From Takakia lepidozioides (taxonomy: Eukaryota > Plantae > Bryophyta), in assembly GCA_030704615.1 (NCBI GenBank), contig CM060731.1, positions 62,124,001 through 62,188,000 of the forward strand: 64,000 bases of DNA. Reading direction: 5' to 3'. This document shows positions 49,284 through 60,552 of the stretch, in pieces (the first letter of the stretch is position 1; each line of letters starts with the position of its first letter). The notes under the pieces were generated by a model that saw nothing but the letters and a program-made list of their open reading frames with translations, did no database searches and was not told the DNA's origin. The translations under genes were made by a program, and so were the position numbers.

Positions 49284-52200
49284 TCAAAGAGAATTTGGCT
49301 GAGCCCTACGTGAGGTGTCCCGCTGCAGAAGGGTGATGACTTCTCCGTAGCCTAGTGTGGCTTGGTGAATGAATTGGTCTCTCTTACCGTCGCAACACAT
49401 AATTACAAGGTATATGTAATATTGATGCTTGCAGGGGACCCACTTCCTTCTCATGCCGAGAGCGCCCTCACGCATCGTTACAAAATCCGGACAAGTGCAA
49501 GTAGGGAAATTCCCCACGGTAACCTGATATTCTTTGCCATGAAGAACTGAGCCAATAGACAGCACTGTGTAAATCCGTCCATACCCCGGGGCAGGGACTT
49601 CGGTGATACGAGCCACCCGAGCCTGCAAAATTCTAGCCGATTCCATCTTGCATTCGTGATCTGCACCCGAAGCGACACGGCGCACTGTTTTTCCATCTCT
49701 TTTTGTTGGGTGGGAGTCGGCACCGGGTGGAGGCATTGCCGGAGCTTGTGGCACATCTGTGCCGACAGTGCACAAGGGCACCACTCGGGATCGTGCAAGA
49801 CAAAACCCTCCCTCCTCCAGCATGCTTATCTCGGTTGTTGACAGCGACGTCCCAAGTTTCACAGGCCAAATTGCGGGGGGAGGGGGTTTCATTATCACCG
49901 AAGGACGAACTGTTCCCTTGACGCATCGTGCCATATCGTCTGGGCAGAACCAGAACTTGTGGTCCTTTGACTCCCCACTATGATAAGGTCGGAACAACCC
50001 TGTGAATGTTGGAGCTGGAGTCCCCCTGGAGCCTTTGCATATTTTTGATTTGCATTTCTTGAAAGAGGGGGTCCGAATTGCCATGCAAGCAACTCTAGAT
50101 CCTGGTGGGGTGCGTTCTATATGCCACTCACTATCAATGCAATCAGATTCCTGCACCATGGCCACCACCTCCTCCAATGGGATTCCTGCTGCTGTGCTTG
50201 CATGTTCTGCACCTGCTCCACAGGAGGAGGACCCACCTGGGAAGGGGCCGGCACAGGACTTAGTCTGCACTGGAGACACCTTTGGCACAGAGAAATTGAC
50301 CCTGTCTGGGCGATGGGAATCTCCATCTGAACCTGGAAGAGTGTTCAATTTCCTTTTGCATGATCCAAATCTTTCCTCGCCTTCCAAATGAGGGAGCCTG
50401 GATTGCAATGGGGAGCCTTCAGTGCACCTGTTCAGAGCTTTGGCCATCTTGGATGGGTCTCCAGACCTACTCGCAGCCCTTAGCATCAACAAAGTCGAAC
50501 CGGGGCCCTTGCCTCCACCCCGTCCCATCAGAAAATTGCGGTACCTGGTTTGTTGTGTGAGTGCCCGCACCATGTCATCAGCAGTGGCCACATACAAGTC
50601 ACGACCTGCTTTGGTAGATTGCTGCATCCAGGCGTTATGAACAGTCTCCGCCAAATTACAGGATGGCATGTCGGCCAAGTCCTCCAAGGACATTTCCTGC
50701 ACGAGGCATTGCATGGAAATGTGAGGAAGGAAAGGAAATGGAAGAGGTTCTTCAAGCGACAATCCAAGAACCCCAAATGAAGAGGCATGTTGCAAAATTT
50801 CTGATTTTGGGATTCGAGAGGCTTACCGTCGTCATGAAAGCTCCCCACTGTCTGTATCTGAAGTGCCAGAAAACCAACCAGTCCTCCAACTCCTTCAGGT
50901 GGATACCAGTAGCAGCACCAGAGGAGAACCACCAAGCCCGGATTGCTTGGTAAGTGCTCTCAGCTTCTCCCATTGAGTTGGCATTTTTGTACTTGAGACA
51001 GAGCCTTCTGTGCTCCAACTGAAGGTCAGGGCGAATGCAGCGCTTTGTATGACGTGCCAGAGATTGACTCCAATGGAAGAGGCATGTGCGCTCCCTATTT
51101 TCCATTGGGACCTTAGGATCCCCCGAACCAAACACGCGCCGCACTGCATTGAAATTTGCCTGTGCACTATCAGCCATGAAGCCCGCAAAATTTGTCTTCT
51201 GTATTCCGTTGCGCTGCATGACGGCCAGGAGCGAATTCCACATGAGCATCTGGGATTCAGTGTCCTCCGACTGCATATCACAAATTGCTATTGAGAGCAC
51301 ACGTTGGTACGCTGGATCATACACATGGCACGCCATGGTTGTCCAACCCTTCACCCGTTTGCAGTGATCAAACATCAACCAACATTTAGCCAAATCTCCT
51401 CCAGGTTGCATTCGGCGGACAATGCTAACACCACTGCCTTCGCCCACTGCGGACATCTTGAACAAATAAACCTTGGATGAGCCCTGGCCAGGGAAGATAC
51501 TGTTTTGAATGAATTCATAGCGACTTCTCCGTTTGAGGTCCATAATGTTGTCCATGAATCCAGCATTGCCTGTGCCGACTCTGAGTGCATTCACCTGGTT
51601 TCGAATATTGGGAGAGCTCAACACGGAGAAATGGTCCATCACTGCATCAAGCGAATCTGCATCCAGCATTGGCTGTGTCGAATCCCCTTCACCCAATATG
51701 TGTTTTTCCAGGAAAGCCTTGCTAGCTGCAAGCGCTATAGCAGAAGGTGTTGCAGAAGGGGCATTGTGGAACTCCTGCTTCAGCAGATTTCTAGCGATGT
51801 CCACGCTATCCCTGCAACTTCCTTTGGACACAGGATGCTCGTGTGCACCCATATGAATGCAGGCACGAGTCATTGTTTTGCACCGGTGTGCCACCTGGTA
51901 CATACGAGCGTGGCACACAGAAACACAGGACGGGGAAAGTTTGCAGAACCTGCACACAAAAGTATTGGTCTTGGGAGGGGCAAGTCCTGGGGTGAAAGGA
52001 TTCAATGGCACACCTTCCCACTCACTCTCGTTTGGTTGAGCGCTGTTTCTCAGGCGAGGGCAAGTTATATTCAGGCACTTGCAATGCCCAACGCAAACCG
52101 ACCTTCGAAATTTCAATCCAATGTCGTTGTGGATGTTTGACGTTTTTGTCCTGCACCAAGGGTGTCCGTCATGTTTCTTGTCCATGCCCTGCAGAAGCCC

Positions 52201-52848
52201 AGCCAGTCCATTGGAAGACGTGGGAGGGTTGAGCTCAAACAAGATGTCCCCATCAAACTCTGCTGGCACGTATTGAACCCGCTGCACACGAAGGGACTCC
52301 CAATCAACAAAACGCAGCTCGCTCTTGCACCCAGGCACCCCTGCGAGGGCTTTCAATTTTGGAATGACACTCGTTATCTCTTGCAATTCGGATTCATCCA
52401 AGAATGGAGTCTGCACTGGCGGAGGAATCTCAGAAACATCCTCCGAGGACGAGTCTGAAAGAGTCACGAATGTAGTGGATGTGCTCACCTCTTTTTTCAC
52501 ATGAACTGTGCCCTTCTGCTGCACGACCGATGCTGCAGTTCCAGGGGTAATGACTGATCCTGCTGATTGTCTTCTCTCTTTTCCAAGGACACGGTATGTG
52601 CCTGGAAGGACTCTCCACTTCCTTCCACACTCGCCAACCAATGGTTTCTCCAAATGTCCAGAATCCAAATTCCCATCCTCGTCATACACCTCCTTTTGAA
52701 CAAGCAGAGAACCCAATTCCAGTGGGAACACTGTAACCAGCTCATCCTCATGAACAACTGCAAACCCATCGTCGTCTGCAGTGGCAGTCATTGGAAGACT
52801 ACCTGCATTGGAATGAAATCGTGCTAGTCTATCTCTGTCCTTGGACAT
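49284..52848 (-). CDS. MULE transposase, intact, 2 exons (52848-50827, 50696-49284), about 1144 aa, C-terminal SWIM finger
   Basis: Phase-0 GT-AG intron joins GAFMTT to EMSLED. Motifs MFDH (D), FMADS (D), CLFH (CxxH), CNLAETVHN (E), CTCPDF...PCKH (SWIM), and N-terminal C/H-rich RACIHMGAHEHP. Confidence 0.9.
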
Positions 52849-53812
52849 GTTTTCCTACGCTGACCAAAACTTTCGATTCACAACGGAATCCCCGATTTGA
52901 TAGCCCGCAATTCTGGAAAGGGGATCCACCACAAAAAAATTGAGGTCAACAAGGGTAGCAGTAACCCAAAGGCTGCGGTCGATGCATCAGAAGGATGCAA
53001 GAATGACATGCACTGAACTTCGGAGATAACCACGCTGAGAGACACCAACTAGAAAAACTGTTTTCAAATAAAGAAGGCCACAAGAAGCCGTGCTGTTTTT
53101 GGATGAAAAACAAACCCTGAACATGACATGAAACCATCCTTTATGGAAAGACGGCAAAAACCCTGGAGAGCAGTAAACAGGAAGACCCCGAATGTAATGA
53201 GGTCGTGCCGTGCCAGAAGAGCACAGCACAAACACTGACACTCCAAGAGTCACCTCGCACGGATGTGTGCAACACAAGATCATTTCCGACACAACCCTTT
53301 ATACCGAATGACCCCATGGCGACGATGACGGCAAAATGCAAAGCACAGGGCAGGCAGTACGAAACACGTGGATGCATATGTGAAGCACAACATTTATGGG
53401 GAATCTGCAAGAACTGCTCCAAATTGAACTAGCATTAGATTTGTGCGGCACTTCCGAATTTGAAACCATTCCAGAAGGCCGCCATATATTGGCAGGCGGC
53501 GAAGTACATCTGACATATATCACAAGTACATGCAACGTATGCACATATTTTCTGGCACTTTATTTCTTGAATAATACAAAGACGCCGAAATGGATGAATT
53601 CCGTTCGCACACAATAACAACACCCGCATCCAAATACGGTTGACAATGTCCTATTTTGATTTTGGTTACATGCAATAGCAACCCTTGTTGCAAACGTCAA
53701 ACTGGAGAGCTCTAGAGGCATCGTGGGGAGCCCTTGTTTCCAGCGGAGGAGGAAGAGAAGGAAATCATTGTACTTCACGAGCTCTAGAAACAGGAATAGA
53801 GCCAGATATAGA

Positions 53813-56800
53813 ATGAGGATGGAAAGAGTGGCCGAAGAGGAAAAGGCGGAAGAAGAGGGCAAAGAGACAAGTTCGGCGATGGAAGAGCAGGAATCCGGGG
53901 AAGACCAGCAGCCTGCCATAGTTCCAAGAACAGATGAGGAGGACACTGCATCCGAGGGAGAGGCAGACGCCGAAGATGATGTTGACGCTGGCCTCACGAA
54001 GAACCTAATAGTGGAAGAGAGGATGGGGGAGATGCTCCAGAACACGAGAGGCGTGGAGAGCAGTCCGAAGCGCAAAGGGTCCCCGGCGATTGGGGAGTCT
54101 TCTGGAGCAGCCCAAAAAAAGGTTCAATCTTTGGAACCCATCTTTGTGCTTCATTGCTGATGTGAACCCAAGTTGAGATTCTATGTCGATATGAACATAG
54201 ACTGCACACGGCATCTCTGCAGGTTGCATCAACCGCGAACAAGAAGCTCAAAAAGTGTAGCCAAAACGGCCAAATTGGGCACTGTTTGAGCACACCTTGT
54301 CTTTGTTTTTCCCTGTGAAATTCGGCAATACAAGGCAGGTCTCGGAGGTTCAATCATCAGTTGCATGGCAGCTCAAACAGTGTGCGTCAACGCACACTGT
54401 TTGAGCTGCCATGTCATTGCACTTGTCATCTGAAAATTGGCCACATAGGGTTTGAATTAGTGGTTGAATCATCACTATCCTGGCAGCTCAAACAGTGTGC
54501 GTTGGCGCACACTGTTTGAGCTGCCCTTATCATTGCCTTTTCATTTGAGAATGGGCCACATAGGGCATGTCTCTGAGGACAGATGAACACTTATCTGGCA
54601 GCTCAAACAGTAAGCGTTGCCGCACACTGTTTGAGCACACCTTGTCTTTGTTTTTCCACTGTGAAATTCGGCAATACAGGGCAGGTCTCGGAGGTTCAAT
54701 CATCAGTTGCATGGCAGCTCAAACAGTGTGCGTCAACGCACACTGTTTGAGCACACCTTGTCTTTGTTTTTCCACTGTGAAATTCGGCAATACAGGGCAG
54801 GTCTCGGAGGTTCAATCATCAGTTGCATGGCAGCTCAAACAGTGTGCGTCAACGCACACTGTTTGAGCTGCCATGTCATTGTACTTGTCATCTGAAAATT
54901 GGCCACATAGGGTTTGAATTAGTGGTTGAATCATCACTATCCTGGCAGCTCAAACAGTGTGCGTTGGCGCACACTGTTTGAGCTGCCCTTATCATTGCCT
55001 TTTTCATTTGAGAATGGGCCACATAGGGCATGTCTCTGAGGACAGATGAACACTTATCTGGCAGCTCAAACAGTGTGCGTTGCCGCACACTGTTTGAGCA
55101 CACCTGTCTTTGTTTTTCCACTGTGAAATTCGGCAATACAGGACAGGTCTCGGAGGTTCAATCATCAGTTGCATGGCAGCTCAAACAGTGTGCGTCAACG
55201 CACACTGTTTGAGCACACCTTGTCTTTGTTTTTCCCTGTGAAATTCGGCAATACAGGGCAGGTCTCGGAGGTTCAATCATCAGTTGCATGGCAGTTCAAA
55301 CAGTGTGCGTCAACGCACACTGTTTGAGCTGCCATGTCATTGCACTTGTCATCTGAAAATTGGCCACATAGGGTTTGAATTAGTGGTTGAATCATCACTA
55401 TCCTGGCAGCTCAAACAGTGTGCGTTGGCGCACACTGTTTGAGCTGCCCTTATCATTGCCTTTTTCATTTGAGAATGGGCCACATAGGGCATGTCTCTGA
55501 GGACAGATGAACACTTATCTGGCAGCTCAAACAGTGTGCGTTGCCGCACACTGTTTGAGCACACCTTGTCTTTGTTTTTCCACTGTGAAATTCGGCAAGG
55601 GCAGGTCTCAGTTTGCATCTCAAACAGTGTGCGTCAACGCACACTGTTTGAGCTGCCATGTCATTGTACTTGTCATCTGAAAATTGGCCACATAGGGTTT
55701 GAATTAGTGGTTGAATCATCACTATCCTGGCAGCTCAAACAGTGTGCGTTGGCGCACACTGTTTGAGCTGCCCTTATCATTGCCTTTTTCATTTGAGAAT
55801 GGGCCACATAGGGCATCTCTTGAGGACAGATGAACACTTATCTGGCAGCTCAAACAGTGCGTTGCCGCACACTGTTTGAGCACACCTTGTCTTTGTTTTT
55901 CCACTGTGAAATTCGGCAATACAGGACAGGTCTCGGAGGTTCAATCATCAGTTGCATGGCAGCTCAAACAGTGTGCGTCAACGCACACTGTTTGAGCACA
56001 CCTTGTCTTTGTTTTTCCCCTGTGAAATTCGGCAATACAGGGCAGGTCTCGGAGGTTCAATCATGAGTTGCATGGCAGCTCAAACAGTGTGCGTCAACGC
56101 ACACTGTTTGAGCTGCCATGTCATTGCACTTGTCATCTGAAAATTGGCCACATAGGGTTTGAATTAGTGGTTGAATCATCACTATCCTGGCAGCTCAAAC
56201 AGTGTGCGTTGGCGCACACTGTTTGAGCTGCCCTTATCATTGCCTTTTTCATTTGAGAATGGGCCACATAGGGCATGTCTCTGAGGACAGATGAACACTT
56301 ATCTGGCAGCTCAAACAGTGTGCGTTGCCGCACACTGTTTGAGCACACCTTGTCTTTGTTTTTCCACTGTGAAATTCGGCAATACAGGGCAGGTCTCGGA
56401 GGTTCAATCATCAGTTGCATGGCAGCTCAAACAGTGTGCGTCAACGCACACTGTTTGAGCTGCCATGTCATTGCACTTGTCATCTGAAAATTGGCCACAT
56501 AGGGTTCGAATTAGTGGTTGAATCATCACTATCCTGGCAGCTCAAACAGTGTGCGTTGGCGCACACTGTTTGAGCTGCCCTTATCATTGCCTTTTTCATT
56601 TGAGAATGGGCCACATAGGGCATGTCTCTGAGGACCGATAAACACTTATCTGGCAGCTCAAACAGTGTTCTCTCAACACTTACGGTTCAATGAACACTTA
56701 CCTTGCACCTCAAACAGTGTGCGTCAACGCACACTGTTTGAGCTCACCTTTTCTACCACAGATGGCCTGTTTGCCATGCTCAAACACCCTCGTCTAATGC

Positions 56801-59800
56801 CTCACTCTTATGTCAATTTGAATGGACAACCCTGTAGGAGAAGATGCAAAGTGTGGCGGAGGAGATCCCTTCGGGACTGGGGAAGGATATCATTGTTGAT
56901 GTTGACGATGAGTTCTATGAAAGCAAAGCCGCTGAGATGCTGGGGGGTCAGAAGGTAAACTCTCAGCTTGTGGTGCAAAGTATGCTTGCCCCGGGTGGGA
57001 GGTTGAAGATTCCCCTGTGTAGGATGGTTTCCATGCCCGTCGTTCGACCACCCCTCATCAAGGACATTCTCAAGCTAGAGGCCGAGTTTGTTCATGGGTA
57101 TTTGGATGGATCCGCAGTGTTTTACGTTTGTACAAAGGATTCCACTGGCAATGAGCTCCTTGTGGATGAGTCAATCGTGGACTCCTGGGATCCTATTTGG
57201 AGACAGGTGAACGAATCCTTCGAACTTCTTCTCTCCAGGAAACCTTCCACCCAGGCATTCTCAGGGAAGATGTTTCACGTTTGGGATGGGAACCACCGAT
57301 TGCTTGCATGGATGGCTGTTATTGGGAGGCTGCACTCACAGGAGGAAGAGTGGCATTACTCTGTTCGATCGATGGTGCTGGATTGTGAGGGGAACATGAT
57401 GGGTCTTCTGACGGCAATGAATGATGTGAACAGGTTGGTTTCTCATTCTACCTGTTCCACTTGCAGTTCCTTGGTTCTTTGATTAAAGTCCTTGAATTTC
57501 ATTCTGACTTTCAGATATCATTCTGCAGAGGAACGGAGACATCGCATGTCAAAACGAGTCTGGTTCACACACTGTATAGGATACAAAGGATCGGGCAGAT
57601 GCCCTTGACCAACTTCAAGACCATCCTTTCAGCGGAGACGTACAAGAAGTGCGAAAGCTCCAAGACATCGGAAACGTGGTACTCGTTGACACGCGAGGCT
57701 TTCATGGAGTACATGTACACGGTGAGATACATCTTCCTTCATCTGCCCTTTCCATAGTCCTGCTTCCACATGTTTGTTTCTGTTTGTTTCCCTTGCCCTT
57801 CGGTTCATGCAACTTTCGTGCATTCCCTTGCAGCAAGACATTGCAGATGTAGGGGAGCGTGGCAAACTGGAATACTACAGGTCAACCCCTGAGGAGAGAA
57901 GGACAGCAAAGGGGGTTGAGACTCACATCCAAAAAGAGATGACCGCTACAAGAAGGACTATAATGAGTGCTTTTGTGAAGCAGTTGAGAATTGCCGACCC
58001 ATCATTCGGAGCGCAGTTTCTCTTGGAGATAAAAAACCATTATAACAAGCCAGGCAAGCCAGAGATGGCCCAGGAGAAGTTACACAGGTTGTCTACCGCC
58101 GTTGTGTCTTCAGAACAGAAGGTGAAGTGGCTACAGATATGGAACTCCGATCCCACAGTTAGGGATACACACATGTTCCCCAGGCCGGAGAAAGAGAAGA
58201 AGACCCAGCGTGTCATTCCAGTCAGTGACAATGTGCTGGACACATGGCTTCACAAGGCCACTTACTGGAGCCAGGTGTGTTGTCCTTTCCTGTGTCACTT
58301 TCTTTTCTCTTTTCCTGTCCTTCTCTTTCCATTGCCTCTCACATTCGCAGTGATTTTTTTGGGTTCATTCTTGCATTTGAATTGTTTTGCAGTTGGAAGA
58401 AAGGGCACGGTCGGTTCTGCATACTCAGCTGACTGACTATGGCATCACTATGACAGCACCGAAGGTCTCCTTCGAAGCATACATGAGGAAATGGAGAGCC
58501 ACAGTGTGGCACTCTTGTTTCTTTAGAGAGTTCAGCAAGGAGGGTGGCATCAGTCGAACACATGACCTTGACCAGCAAGAAAAAGGAGAGGAAGCCTGGA
58601 AACGATGCCTTTACAGGTGCACTCCCTGGGCAGTTTAGTTTACTTGGTGTCCTGTGGTTGCAATGTACTGTGACGCATACAGTTTAAGGGGAATGTGATG
58701 GAAAAACTGAGAGACAATATTTGCATTGCATAATGAGGCTGTCTTTGTTCCTGCAGGTACATAAAGTTTGTTCTCATGGAAGAGAATTGTTTGGACAAAC
58801 ATCCAGATTTCGTGGACCTCTGGCTTGTCCCTGCTGGAAATCAGACTATGTTTACTACTGGGATCTTGCATGACTGGGGCCCAGACCATCTATCTTCTTG
58901 TGGTTGGTATTTGGATTGCCCTCCTTCTGAGACCCCAGCTCCGGAGGTGTCTTTGAGGAGAGAGAATGAGCGAATTGCAGCCACTGCCGCACAGCCGACC
59001 TCGACATTCATGAGCAAAATTTGAGGACTCTTGCAGAGAAGGAGCCTCCCGCTCAGGATACCCCGGGTAGAGGTAGAAAGGCAAAGGGGAAAGATGTTGC
59101 TGGTGTTGTGGGGAAAGGAAGGGGTAGAGGGAAGGTGGCACAAGGGCAGGGAAGTGTTGCAGATATTGGCCCAGTGGTGCATGTCCAGCAGACTCCACCG
59201 CATGGTAGGGGATCCGTGAGAAAGAACAAGGGGGTGGTTGATCCCAAGGACCCGTACCATGCAGTGGAACATCCGACGAGGGTCATTCGCCCTACCAGGT
59301 TGGAGATGGCCAACGTCGGATTCCTTGCCATGATGGAGTCGAAGAAATCTGATTACAAGGGCGAGCCATCACCAGTGTGGGAGAGGATTGTACAGTTCCT
59401 CGGCACGGTGCGTGTTCTCTTTTGCATGTTCTCTGCAGTGGGCATGGATCGTTTCAATCCTCTTGAGTATTCCATTGTAATTTTGTTTGCAGGCTAAAAT
59501 GACCAAATCCTGGGTGAACGGGAAGGAGAAGCAATATGCAGCCGAACTCATAATCTTGGACATCCCTGATGGGTTGGCAGTCCCGGATGTCCCTCCATCG
59601 GGTGCTTGTCCGGGTTGGAATGCTTTTGATGAGCGCTACTGGCGGTGGGTTTTCTCCTTTTGCAATTTTTTCCTGTCCGATGCAGGTGTTTTGGTGCTCA
59701 TACAGTCCGCCGACGTTCGCTGTCGCCGTGCACTTGCCAGCTATTTGAAAGCCTCGGGCATGAGAGTCCTGAAGACATGGAATTGTGTGAACAGCATGTA

Positions 59801-60552
59801 CCTTACGAAGGGGGATCGTCCGGGAGAGATGGTAAATTTACCTTCTTCTTCCTCTTCTTGGTGGTTCTCGGATGGAGTTGTATAGGTCGCTCGATCTCAT
59901 ATGTAGGGGCCTGATTTTTTAAGCTTCTTAGTTCCTTCTGAATGTGTTGTTCGCAGACTCGTTTGTTTGAAGCTGTTTGTCTCGTCCGAGTGCATCCACC
60001 AACGACTCCGGCCGGCATTTTGGAGTTCGCCATCACTCATGGGGGCAAGTTCATAGACGACAGGACAGATCCTCCAACGGATGACATGCACCACAACTAC
60101 GTCGACAGCAACGTCTGCTTGCGAAGGGGGAATGGGGTTCCTTGGAGAGGGGCGAGGGAGAGGAGCCCGGCTTTCATTCAAACGATTGTGGAGTGCTGCA
60201 CCTACACAGACGCCAGAGTTCTGGATTTGTCAATGGGCACAGGTTCGTCTCTTCAACATTCGGATTTCATGAGGTTTGATTGAGCTTGCACTTTCAGTAC
60301 TTCCCACCGTTCCATATGTGTCTTCAATGTCTGCTTCCTTCATTCTATTCCACTGCAGGTGCTTCGTACCACGCTTGCAAGGCCAGTGCCCGACATCTCT
60401 TTGGGATTGAAGGGGATGCTGAGATTTACAACAACCTCCTTATGGGTTTGGGTGGACACACTTCTCAAGTCCTTCCGAAGCCCCGTCCCGCTGATATTGA
60501 TACAGAGGAGACTTCCGACAAGGAGCTGGACTCCGACTTTGCCTGTGAGTAA
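53813..60552 (+). CDS. Spliced gene (~1080 aa): acidic N-terminus, ParB/Srx-like domain, basic GRG region, beta-class N4C/N6A DNA methyltransferase-like domain
   Basis: Predicted exons 53813-54121, 56838-57433, 57529-57721, 57834-58274, 58393-58616, 58757-59407 (1-nt frameshift near 59020), 59493-59831, 59957-60242, 60359-60552, all with phase-compatible GT-AG junctions. Motifs: VWDGNHRLLAW (ParB); LIILDIPDG (motif IV-like); RERSPAFIQTIV...VLDLSMGTGASYHAC...FGIEGD (motifs X, I, II). Confidence 0.8.
54280..56745. repeat. Higher-order tandem array: about 21 palindromes GCTCAAACAGTGTGCG-NNNN-CGCACACTGTTTGAGC separated by three recurring ~72-76-bp spacers
   Basis: Palindromes start near 54367, 54482, 54597, 54713, 54829, 54944, 55060, 55175, 55290, 55405, 55521, 55615, 55729, 55844, 55958, 56074, 56189, 56305, 56421, 56536 and 56705, plus half copies. 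Confidence 0.97.

Noticed and set aside
53317-53812. Additional upstream exon(s) of the ParB-MTase gene
   Set aside because: Plausible, but the splice phases do not match without invoking indels. Left unannotated.
54530-56487. Repeated short ORFs (e.g. MAAQTVCVNAHCLS) in the array
   Set aside because: They occur on both strands as a by-product of the palindromes, and the region is predicted to be intronic.
54280-56745. CRISPR array
   Set aside because: Spacers are not unique: three homologous types recur. They are longer than typical spacers, no cas genes are present, and the context is eukaryotic.
56838-60552. Bacterial contamination as the source of the ParB/MTase motifs
   Set aside because: The motifs are split by phase-compatible spliceosomal introns and lie within a TSD-flanked plant-type transposon.
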